The position numbers were made by a program, and so were the translations under genes. A stretch of 64,000 nucleotides of DNA. It comes from Trichomonas gallinae (taxonomy: Eukaryota). The stretch is from contig MRSU01010726.1 in the NCBI GenBank assembly GCA_008369845.1, positions 1 to 64,000 of the forward strand, written 5' to 3'. This document shows, piece by piece, positions 1 through 9,625 of this stretch (the stretch's first letter is position 1; every line of letters begins with the position of its first letter). The notes below the pieces were generated by a model. That model had not been told where the DNA came from, did no database searches, and was given only the letters and a program-made list of their open reading frames with translations.

Positions 1-170
1 TGGGCCTTAGCCATTTTGGCCGATTGCCGAAATTCGAGGGGGTTAGCCGGCTACCGAAGACAATAGGACTAAAGTCCAATATTTGAAGACAAAATATTAA
101 TTACATGACAAAAAATTTATTTACATGACATATTTGAGGTTACATGACGGAAATAAGGAATTCTTGTCAA

Positions 171-3100
171 ATGAGCTCTATTTCTAATACTCCTAAGATT
201 CCGCAGCTATTTTTCAAGACAGCCGAGGATGGAGATGTAATAGACTCATTTCTATCACATTTTTCTCTTGAAATTTCGAAATATTTCACATCTTTAATCA
301 AACTTCTCACTCAATCTGATACAAATCTTAATAAAAAGGACAGTAATGCGCTGCAGGCCTTAATATTAAACGAATTGAAGCAGTTTCCAGCTATAAATAC
401 TATAATTAATGCTGGAGTTACAACATTCGCATCAATTTCTCGATCAAGTACGAATAAAGCAATATCGAAGATTACAGAATTCTTCCCAGCAATCATTGGA
501 AATCCAAAATCTTCAGAAACACAATCAGAGACAATTATATCTTTTTTTCCTTATTCAGAGAACGAAAATGAACTTTCAAATACAGTAAATTTCATTTCTG
601 AGGCCACATATTCTATACTTCTGCAATCAATTATTGATGATTGCTCGAAAATTAACGATAAAATTTATGAATCGATAATAAAACGCATTTTAAATCGTCC
701 CTCAGCACCAAATCCGGGAACATTCGCATTCAAGATCATGAGATTGATAAATGAACTCAATAAACCCATAATAACAGCTCTTTGTCAATCAAATTTTTCT
801 CGTTTTGCGAATTATTTTAACCAAGCTTTTCCACAAACAACAACAAGCATAAATACCACTATAAACTTTCTTCATTCTGCAATAGGAATCTGCTATCAAG
901 AAAATGATTATCAATTAATTAAACCATCAATAGATATGCTTCACGAACTTATAAAAGAGCATAAGGGGAACGATGAGTTCGTAAATGCGACGTGTATTTT
1001 CCTTTACGACATTCTTTCGCAACATTCGAATATAAAAGACAAAGAAATTCATTATTATACGAAATTCGCAGAGAGACATATATTAGGCACGGTATCTTGG
1101 GCAAGTGCAGAGCGTTTATATGGTGTTTGCCATTATCTTCGATTTCCAGATATGCAAACTAAACAATATCAAGAATTTTATCAGCAAAAAGTCCTAAATC
1201 GTTTGGTAAAATCACATAAAGCTGATGTTGCACTACAATATATCATTGCTTTCTTAAGACCTTCATCATTTTGCAAATTAAATTTAGATTCACGAGTTTT
1301 TGACTTAATTGGAACAATTTTCCAGAATGTTTTCACTCAAAACATGAAATCACATGAAGAAAACGCGTCAATTCTTCTAGAAATCCTTGCCGCATTAGAT
1401 ATTCATAAATCAACGAACGAATGGATCCCTGCACTCTTAAATCCTTCATCTCCCAATATAAACATAGCCCTCAGAACAATAGGAAGAATACTGAACGCTT
1501 TAAGTGGATTTTTCAAACTTTCAAGTACATCACCTAGATCTACGAATAAGTCGCCAAAAGTGTACATCAATGTTCTTATTGAGCGCATCAAATCACTGTC
1601 CGTCCAATGGTTTAGTGATAGACCTAGAACATTTGCTTCCAACTCTTTCGATTTCGTGCCAGCATCAGAGATTTTGTCTTCCATTGATGTAAAAGCATCA
1701 GTCGCAGAACAAAATCATTTAACGATTCCGTCAAACGTCTTAGTTTATCTTTTAAACGAAAAAGATTTTGTTGCAATCCGCCATCCACCACGCAGCCGTG
1801 TTGAAGGGCTCACAGCGTCAGAGGCATCAACGAAAGATGCTTTAGTTCAGTGGTCGAATGTTTTTGAGACTCCTATTGAGTATTTCGGCAGTTTTTATTC
1901 TAGATTCCATTTGCCTATGATAGAATCAATCTCGCAGACATCATATACACTCTCGGAAATCTTATACCTCAAATTCCTGCCGATTGTTGTTTATTATTCG
2001 AATTCAATCGACGAATACATTGATCACATAATAGATCTGATATTATCTGACATACCAGAAATTTCTTCTATCGCGTCAATAACTTTCGAGCTTTTATTCT
2101 TCGCTCTACCATCATCCGCTGAAACATTTATCACTGCTCTTTCCCAAGCTATTACTTTAATCACAGGAAAATCATGTGTCGGAATGCATCAATTAATATT
2201 AACATTCCTTCATTGCGTCCAATCATCAGGAAATCTCTTCAAGGCAGCCGCTTCTTCCGTTCTATACATGTGTGACTTAGTTTCGCTGATTGCTTTATGC
2301 TCGCCTTTCCCGGAAACTCGCCAAATTGGCTTGGAAATTATAGATTCCTCTGAAATGTTGTTGAATTTCATAGCAGAAGCAGGAAACAGAGGAGAAGGCT
2401 GCTTGTTTTCATTCCTGCAAGAGAATTATACCCAAATCGAGCAGCAAATCATGATAACAGTAATTTCGAGTTTTTCGTCAATAAATGCAGAGAACTGTCC
2501 TATCCACAGAATCCCATCAATACCATTAAGATCTGCCGCTTTAAGTCCTTATTTGATTCTTTGGAAGTTTTCATTAAAAGAAATCGCGACGCAGATGATC
2601 TACCATAACATGACTCCGAGTATTCTATTCATAAGGAGGGCTTTGCTAAGCTCATTCGAATTCATCAACACGCTCAATGATGCATTGGACTACTTAAACA
2701 GCGAAAACGCAACGGAGCTTCACTACTTTTCGAATCTTTTCGGCTTCCTTCTTTCAACAGCTGACACGATGCCTTCTATATCAGACATGTTCCAGCGCAA
2801 AAAGTGGACAGAACAGATAAACCTAATCGAAGTTTACTTTAACACATTAATGACAGCAGCGATGACAATGAAAGCTAAAGCACTTCCAGCGATATTCTTT
2901 TTGTGCATCACTGCTCATATAGTTATGCTTCCAAATATATTCGATCTATTCTTCAAAGCTTTGAGAAATGACGACTTGAAATCGAGTAGAAAAGATTTCG
3001 TTCTTGTTTTGTTTTCAATAGTTTTGAGAAACTTTGCTGTTTCTCATCATTTTTCGGAGTACATCGGAAAACTAATGAATGCAGGAACAGTCACTAACAT

Positions 3101-6100
3101 TTTTAAATTGTTCGATCAGCAATTAGAGATATTATGGAATTTGGAAGGATCAGCGCACTACGTGCAATTATTCCAATGCATTGAACACCTCGCAAACTTT
3201 TTAGTTTTCCGCGGCCAGTATTTCAAATATTTGCACCAGTCATCGCTTAATGCACCACACGGGCCAATTCCTAGATGCGCTATTTCAACAATATCCAATT
3301 CGAAATTAATTTCGCCTATAACAGAAAAGAACAAGTTATTTGATTTGTTTATAAAATGGGGTATATTAGGACTGAGCCACGACATTTCTCCTGATGTCGC
3401 AGAAGCTTTAAAGACGACTAAACTTGAAGTCAGCACATTGAACATATTCGGACACATCAGTAGAATTGCATTGAGTTATTTGGTGAGTTTGACGCCGATG
3501 TTTAAAGACTCTGATGTAATGAATTTAATCTTCCAAAACAAAATCACAATAATAGCAAGCGCGAGGCCTTCTTTCATCAAGCATTTATTGACACATCACT
3601 ACGAGATCTTTCTAGATAATTACTGTGACATTGCTATGTCTTCTACACTTGATTCAGCCGCAAGATTCATGGGCGCAATTTCTGCGCAGTTTGTTGCTCC
3701 TTCGATGAAAGATTCGATGATATATACACATGACACGTTCATCAAAAACATGTCTACTGCAGTGAAAAGCGATTTAAACGACAGTGAAAAAGCGTTCATC
3801 GAACTTATCTACTCAAAAACAGGCAAAATTCTATTAGTTGGACTTTTCTTTTTATTGCATCAAGATATAAAAGTCAGACAACAAGCAATAAGAATGGTTG
3901 GCCAAGTTGCTTCCGTTCTGTGCATGATACACTACCAGTGCGATCTTAATATAGGCAAAGAGCTGATGTCAGCGATCGCCAGACAAATAGAAAACATTCC
4001 AACAAATATTACGTCAACTAGAATGGCGAATGCTGTCGAACTATCTACACTTTTCGCGCGAATTTTCTCATATGCAACTGAGCAACTTCTTCAGCTTGCT
4101 TTTTCTGTTCTTCCTCGTATATCAGTCAACAGGAAAGAGTGCAAGCGTGATCAGCTGATACAAATTATTTGTCCGTGGATCTTAAATATCGATTTTGATT
4201 ATCGAAAAAGATTAGTCACGAAAGATCCACCGAAACACTTCATTATTTTCAGTCCATCGACATTTATCAATGTTTTAATTGAATGCTTGTATCCTATTAG
4301 TGATCCGAACGTTCCTTTGATGTCCTGCGATTTAGTTTTCTGGAAGAATCTCGCTCAGCCAAGGAACTTTTCATTTTTGGTGACTTCACTCGTCGATTAT
4401 GGCACACAAAACCCAGAAAGTCGCATGTTCTTGCAGAGTGTCATCACATATCTTTACAGAATTGATCCTGACACAACATGCGGCTGCGTTGTTCCTTTGC
4501 TAGCTTTCGGAAACTGGTATTTCCAGCATCTTCAACTCGGCAAGTTCGAAGAAATCCACGACATGTCAGTTTTCTTGAAAGATATCGACAAAGACCCTAA
4601 AAAGAGGCAGAACATTGATGTGACCCGTGCTATTGAGCACTACATTGATTCCACGGAGTTTGCCATAACGTTGTTGCTGAATTTAGCGAAAGAAGATATA
4701 ATACCTTTAACATTCCATTTTAATACGATTCTCGCTTTTTGTTTGACACACATAGAACAGACATCGACATTCCAGCTGATGTTCACTATAGTAGATACAC
4801 TCAGGAGTGCATTCAACAACGGAATTCCTGAGTGCCTGCTTAATCTTTACGAATTGTTTTCCCACATCATGTCGTCAGATTTGAATTCACTTCATTTCAT
4901 CTGCGAAAAAACTCCTTCTCCACTCAGAGCATTGCAGGACCACCATGTTTCTTTAACAGACATTTTATCGATGTTCACATCAGTCTTCACTTACATGCCG
5001 ATGGAGCAAGAGATCCCAATATCCGACATCTTCTTGCTATGGGGAGTTTCATGCGGAAATTTAATCACCGCATCAACAGCATTGAATGTTTTCTCAATTT
5101 TATTCGAAACTGTTGATCTCAGGGCTTTGTCATTGATAATAGAGAGCATCTGCATTGTCACTAGATGTGTTTTATCAGCTTCTCATGTTGATAATGGAAC
5201 CGCATCAGCTTGCATGTATATATGCTCAGCCCTCAAAGCATTGAATTCAGTTTCGAGATCATTGATTGCTTCCAAGAAGATTTCCGGCTTATCAGAAATA
5301 TTCGTCACAGCTATTTCATTATTAAACGCATCAGGAACAGTCATGCAAAACACAATAGGCGATGTATTGACTTTAATAATGACACTAATAGATTCAGGAG
5401 ATCCAAGTTTGTTCGTTTTAGACAAAGCAGTGAGAAAAGATATCAAAGATATCGGCGCAATTTTCATTAACGTAATGAAGACTTGCACGGATCCATCAAT
5501 TGTCTTAAAGTTCGCCATCAAAGTCCTCAAACTCCCTTGCGACATTTTATCTGATAATGGCGACTATTCTGTATATCTTATTCCTTTGCTGCCACTTCTG
5601 TGGTGCACAATTGCTTCTCCTGACTTGATAACACACCTATGTCCAATCTCAGAATTTTTCGAGTGCCTGCAGATTCTTTTGGGATTAATTGCAAACCAGC
5701 ATCTCACAAAGATAATCAACGGTGCAATGTCAGGAAAAGCAGGACCTCCTCATGTGTTTTCCAACGAGTTGATGCAGGTTTTATCGCAAACATACGGTAA
5801 TATGTTTTTCAAAGTTTGCGCGAAGGTTTTAGTCGCATTTATGTCACTATCTTCTGCGATATCCATGGACTCTATATTCGATTTAGCAACAGCAATACTT
5901 GCATACTGCCCATCCAAAGAAGTTTTCAGGGCCTTGCTGCCTTTGACACGTCAAGCGACGCTCAACCAATCATGCGGAACGCAAATGTATCAGATGCGAT
6001 ATCTTAAGTCAGCTCTTTCGTCCGGAAACGCTGAGCAACTCGACGCTTTGCTGAACAGCCAACCAACATTGGACTCTATCGCTATAAATTCGAATGAGAC

Positions 6101-6653
6101 TGAGTTCATTCTAATACAGAATTCAGTGAAGAGTCGACTTCACACGAACTACGGCGACAGAGGAGAAGTCTACAAAGTCAAATTTGCGACAATTGACAGT
6201 TTCCCGCCTATTTTCCCATTTGTTCAGAGTCTTCTTCAAACAACAGCGACAGAAGAAGTCGCCAACTTCTGCAGAAAGATAGAAGTAGATCCGTACACGA
6301 AATGGTCGCAGGCAATTTACAACGCGTTTGACCTATCGGACGAAAAATCACCAGATGGAGAAAAAATTCATTTAGATCTTTCTTCTGAATTTATTTCTAA
6401 TATTTCATCTGCCCTCGAATTCGCCTTACAAGAGAACAATTCAACTTCATCAGTTTCTAAACTCGTACCAGAAACAATAAATGAAGAAAACAACGAAAAT
6501 ATTAACGAAGAAAATCTTGAAAATGAAGATGAAAATAATTCATCGGGGCAAATCAATTTCCTTCCTTCGATTGAAGAGATAAACAGCATAGTCGGAGCCT
6601 ATGTCAAACAATATGGTGTTGCTGATGAAATCCCAATTTTAATTCCAAATTAG
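171..6653 (+). CDS. Very large alpha-solenoid protein, Furry/MOR2-PAG1 (Tao3)-like
   Basis: 2169-aa ORF from 144; second ATG at 171 is plausible. Helical throughout. Segments ALCSPFPETRQIGLEII, ICPWILNIDF and LLWGVSCGNLITASTALNVF recall Furry/PAG1 blocks (recognised from memory). Acidic N/E-rich tail. Confidence 0.55.
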   Translation: MSSISNTPKIPQLFFKTAEDGDVIDSFLSHFSLEISKYFTSLIKLLTQSDTNLNKKDSNALQALILNELKQFPAINTIINAGVTTFASISRSSTNKAISKITEFFPAIIGNPKSSETQSETIISFFPYSENENELSNTVNFISEATYSILLQSIIDDCSKINDKIYESIIKRILNRPSAPNPGTFAFKIMRLINELNKPIITALCQSNFSRFANYFNQAFPQTTTSINTTINFLHSAIGICYQENDYQLIKPSIDMLHELIKEHKGNDEFVNATCIFLYDILSQHSNIKDKEIHYYTKFAERHILGTVSWASAERLYGVCHYLRFPDMQTKQYQEFYQQKVLNRLVKSHKADVALQYIIAFLRPSSFCKLNLDSRVFDLIGTIFQNVFTQNMKSHEENASILLEILAALDIHKSTNEWIPALLNPSSPNINIALRTIGRILNALSGFFKLSSTSPRSTNKSPKVYINVLIERIKSLSVQWFSDRPRTFASNSFDFVPASEILSSIDVKASVAEQNHLTIPSNVLVYLLNEKDFVAIRHPPRSRVEGLTASEASTKDALVQWSNVFETPIEYFGSFYSRFHLPMIESISQTSYTLSEILYLKFLPIVVYYSNSIDEYIDHIIDLILSDIPEISSIASITFELLFFALPSSAETFITALSQAITLITGKSCVGMHQLILTFLHCVQSSGNLFKAAASSVLYMCDLVSLIALCSPFPETRQIGLEIIDSSEMLLNFIAEAGNRGEGCLFSFLQENYTQIEQQIMITVISSFSSINAENCPIHRIPSIPLRSAALSPYLILWKFSLKEIATQMIYHNMTPSILFIRRALLSSFEFINTLNDALDYLNSENATELHYFSNLFGFLLSTADTMPSISDMFQRKKWTEQINLIEVYFNTLMTAAMTMKAKALPAIFFLCITAHIVMLPNIFDLFFKALRNDDLKSSRKDFVLVLFSIVLRNFAVSHHFSEYIGKLMNAGTVTNIFKLFDQQLEILWNLEGSAHYVQLFQCIEHLANFLVFRGQYFKYLHQSSLNAPHGPIPRCAISTISNSKLISPITEKNKLFDLFIKWGILGLSHDISPDVAEALKTTKLEVSTLNIFGHISRIALSYLVSLTPMFKDSDVMNLIFQNKITIIASARPSFIKHLLTHHYEIFLDNYCDIAMSSTLDSAARFMGAISAQFVAPSMKDSMIYTHDTFIKNMSTAVKSDLNDSEKAFIELIYSKTGKILLVGLFFLLHQDIKVRQQAIRMVGQVASVLCMIHYQCDLNIGKELMSAIARQIENIPTNITSTRMANAVELSTLFARIFSYATEQLLQLAFSVLPRISVNRKECKRDQLIQIICPWILNIDFDYRKRLVTKDPPKHFIIFSPSTFINVLIECLYPISDPNVPLMSCDLVFWKNLAQPRNFSFLVTSLVDYGTQNPESRMFLQSVITYLYRIDPDTTCGCVVPLLAFGNWYFQHLQLGKFEEIHDMSVFLKDIDKDPKKRQNIDVTRAIEHYIDSTEFAITLLLNLAKEDIIPLTFHFNTILAFCLTHIEQTSTFQLMFTIVDTLRSAFNNGIPECLLNLYELFSHIMSSDLNSLHFICEKTPSPLRALQDHHVSLTDILSMFTSVFTYMPMEQEIPISDIFLLWGVSCGNLITASTALNVFSILFETVDLRALSLIIESICIVTRCVLSASHVDNGTASACMYICSALKALNSVSRSLIASKKISGLSEIFVTAISLLNASGTVMQNTIGDVLTLIMTLIDSGDPSLFVLDKAVRKDIKDIGAIFINVMKTCTDPSIVLKFAIKVLKLPCDILSDNGDYSVYLIPLLPLLWCTIASPDLITHLCPISEFFECLQILLGLIANQHLTKIINGAMSGKAGPPHVFSNELMQVLSQTYGNMFFKVCAKVLVAFMSLSSAISMDSIFDLATAILAYCPSKEVFRALLPLTRQATLNQSCGTQMYQMRYLKSALSSGNAEQLDALLNSQPTLDSIAINSNETEFILIQNSVKSRLHTNYGDRGEVYKVKFATIDSFPPIFPFVQSLLQTTATEEVANFCRKIEVDPYTKWSQAIYNAFDLSDEKSPDGEKIHLDLSSEFISNISSALEFALQENNSTSSVSKLVPETINEENNENINEENLENEDENNSSGQINFLPSIEEINSIVGAYVKQYGVADEIPILIPN

Positions 6654-7297
6654 ATCTTTTTTTTTGTTTGTTATAAAAATTTTTATTATATATATAAATA
6701 TATAAATGTTTTGACGAGTGCAATTCAATGCATTATAAGTCATTGTTAAGTCATTCACATCATCATAAAAAATAAATGAAACATCTTCACTTTCACGTAA
6801 GAATTCGAAGTTGCATATTCACAATATTGATGGAACAATTGTTTAAAAAAATCATTCGGTTCAGACGCTATTCGATTCTCTATGTTGGTATTACCAAAAG
6901 TCTACTTCTCTGTCATCGAGAAAAAAATTAAGCGCACACAAGGTTCTAAAGATGATATTACATATTTCACATTACATGAAGAATTCAAAACATATTATGT
7001 TTACATGTCAAATTAATAATAGTCCTTTTGACACTTTACATAGTCATAATTTCACAAAAAGTGGACATTTTGATACTTTACAAATCAAAAATTTCCCAAA
7101 AAAAGATATTTCATAATTCAAAGATGCAGACAAATGGTCTTCCCAGTGGATTCCTTCCAAATTAAGGCGATAGATGTGTGTGTCTGCTTTTTTCCTCAAT
7201 CCAAGCTATGAGAGACAAGATATTCCCTAGATGTTGATGAGAGCAAATCAAAATTTTTATTTGTGATGTTTACAAAATTTTGTGCCTCTCAATTCAG

Positions 7298-7531
7298 ATG
7301 GATCCAAAGAATCGACTTTATGCGAAAAAGTTGATAATGAAGGGACTGGAATCATCTGACTACAGTTCGAGCAGCTCATCTGAGGACAGCGATGTAGTCA
7401 TTCTCCCAAGAAAGCCGTCTATCCATTTCGAAGAATACCAAGATGACGACGAAGTCACATTTGTCGGTGTTAAAAGCCAAACACCTATACAGAAGTTACT
7501 AGCGAATTGGGATCATCTTTACAATTCCTAA
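7298..7531 (+). CDS. Small acidic/serine-rich hypothetical protein (77 aa)
   Basis: ATG at 7298 (MDPKNRLY...), coding-like composition inside AT-rich flanks. Contains SSSSSSEDSDVVIL and DDDEVTFV. Confidence 0.55.
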   Translation: MDPKNRLYAKKLIMKGLESSDYSSSSSSEDSDVVILPRKPSIHFEEYQDDDEVTFVGVKSQTPIQKLLANWDHLYNS

Positions 7532-7833
7532 TTGTTTTTTCTTCCATCGACAAATTTACATTATTATGCAATAGACTATGTACCATGTAATTACTAGTAT
7601 AATACAAGCCATCTTATACTGTTTAAAACCCTTGATATTTATTATTTTACATATTAATTTTGTTTTTCATCCAATTATCTGTTAAACAGCCAATACCAGA
7701 ATGGCTAACTTTATCTTAGTATTATAAATATTTAACGCTATAATAGAAAACAATTTAATAATTTTCAAAATATATTTTTTGTAATTTATTATGCAAACAA
7801 ACATATTATTAGGAAAATGTTTTTCCATTGATC

Positions 7834-8805
7834 TTATTCGTATTTTGGTGCTGAAGACATTCTTCGAAGTTTTTTGAAGAGTTCAACGTTTTCAAGGAAA
7901 ATTAATGGCTGTCCTCCAATATCAAGAATATCTTTATGCTTTAGGAGAACAGTTTGGCCGCAGCATATAAGTTCTCCATTTACGAGAATATAACTTCCGA
8001 AAATTCTCATGTAGAACTGTAAATCTTTTGCTAGCTGTAGAGTGCAGTGATGCCGTGATATTTTTGATACATCATTCTTTTCAGGGTCTTCTATATTAAT
8101 ATCAACTTTAATTCTTGGTGAATTTCGGCCAATTTTGGAGATAGATTTATCAACTATAAAATTACAAAACTGTCCAATAAGAATGGCATATGTATTTGAT
8201 GGAACATCTTTGAATGCATCATCAATCAATTGATTTACATGTAATTGTACATCAATTTGATCTGTTTCTGTATTCTGGTTCATTTGTTTACGGACAACAT
8301 CGATAGGATCCTCAAAATCGCCCGGAAATGGAACTAATTCATGACCAGCAACGCTTTCATTAATTTCTTGGATGTAGCTGTCGATAGAAAGATTAGAAGA
8401 ATCTCGTGCTGTGATAGTTTTCTTATGCATTTCAGCTGGAGTAATTGCAGGATGAAAAAGCAGCGGAAATTTTTCCATAATTTGGTTTTGATCGAGAATA
8501 TTAAGCGATTTCTTTATTTTTGAATAGTAATATAAGTCTCCACGCGAGAAAGGAGGAGGCTTGTATCCAAGAATATCGTTTTTCATATGATCTAAACATC
8601 TCTGCATCAATTCTGTTGAATTCTGTATCTCAATGAATCTATCATAGGCCTGAGCGAGAGTAATTTTCAAAGATTGAGTTAAAATCGATTTATCTGAGTA
8701 TTGGCAGCAATAAAAATACCAAACAATCAACGAATCATCATCAGCTGACAATGAAAGACGAGTATTTGGTTCTTTAGCTTCAGGTTGTTGTGTTTGTTCT
8801 GTCAT
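7834..8805 (-). CDS. FHA-domain protein (MCRS1/Fhl1-like C-terminal FHA)
   Basis: FHA motifs IGRNS...VDI, ISRHHC and ILVNG...DILDIGG. ATG at 8805 is preceded by an Inr-like TCACT about 15 nt upstream. Confidence 0.8.
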   Translation of the reverse strand: MTEQTQQPEAKEPNTRLSLSADDDSLIVWYFYCCQYSDKSILTQSLKITLAQAYDRFIEIQNSTELMQRCLDHMKNDILGYKPPPFSRGDLYYYSKIKKSLNILDQNQIMEKFPLLFHPAITPAEMHKKTITARDSSNLSIDSYIQEINESVAGHELVPFPGDFEDPIDVVRKQMNQNTETDQIDVQLHVNQLIDDAFKDVPSNTYAILIGQFCNFIVDKSISKIGRNSPRIKVDINIEDPEKNDVSKISRHHCTLQLAKDLQFYMRIFGSYILVNGELICCGQTVLLKHKDILDIGGQPLIFLENVELFKKLRRMSSAPKYE

Positions 8806-9150
8806 CAATATTTTTGAAAAGTGACAAAAATCATGAAAATCAAAACTCAAAATTATTTGAAAAATAGATATATCTATTATAGTAATGAACACTTTTTCGA
8901 TTATTTTTCAAATTTTATTTTTAATTTGAAAAATAAAACGGTAAGCAAGTCATTTTTCGTGGTTAATCTTAATAAAATAAGAATATGATACATATATTTG
9001 ACTTACAAGCGATAAATCAAAATTTAATATTTTTGAATTTTGTATTTCAAAGACTTGCTTATTTTCTATTTTGTAACACGCATTATAAACTAATGATTAT
9101 CAATGAAAAGAATAGTATTAAATGAGAATAAATCTTATTGATAAAATAAA

Positions 9151-9471
9151 TCAATGTTGATGAGTTGCATCAGCGTTTGCATGCATGCTGTGTGAGAAAA
9201 TTCTCGCTTTTACAATAGCATTTATAATTGATTGTTGAACTTCTAAATCATTCAAAACTGGTATTATTTGTTTTCTGAATTTTTCTAGATGTATTTGCAG
9301 ATTTGTCTTGTTTCTTTTATCATCACGAGTCAGCATTTCTTCTATTTTGCAAACACGAAATATGTAAGATGCAGCGGCAACGAGATCAATGTTGTAAAGC
9401 TGGCCCAATGATTCACTACATATTTCTTGTATCCTTTCTGTAACATAAAATCTTTTTATTTGACTATTCAT
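9151..9471 (-). CDS. Small hypothetical helical protein
   Basis: ORF from ATG 9471 (MNSQIKRF...), ~106 aa, coding-like composition, divergent from the 9626 gene. Confidence 0.55.
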   Translation of the reverse strand: MNSQIKRFYVTERIQEICSESLGQLYNIDLVAAASYIFRVCKIEEMLTRDDKRNKTNLQIHLEKFRKQIIPVLNDLEVQQSIINAIVKARIFSHSMHANADATHQH

Positions 9472-9625
9472 CGAAATAAAAATCAAAAAATAATAATTAT
9501 ACCCCTAAACAATTTTTTATGACCCATTTTAATTATACCCCTATATAATTTTTTATGCCCCTTTTTTACAAGTTAAATCTGACATGTAAATCACTTCATA
9601 TTTTGACATTTGTTAAATAAAAATA

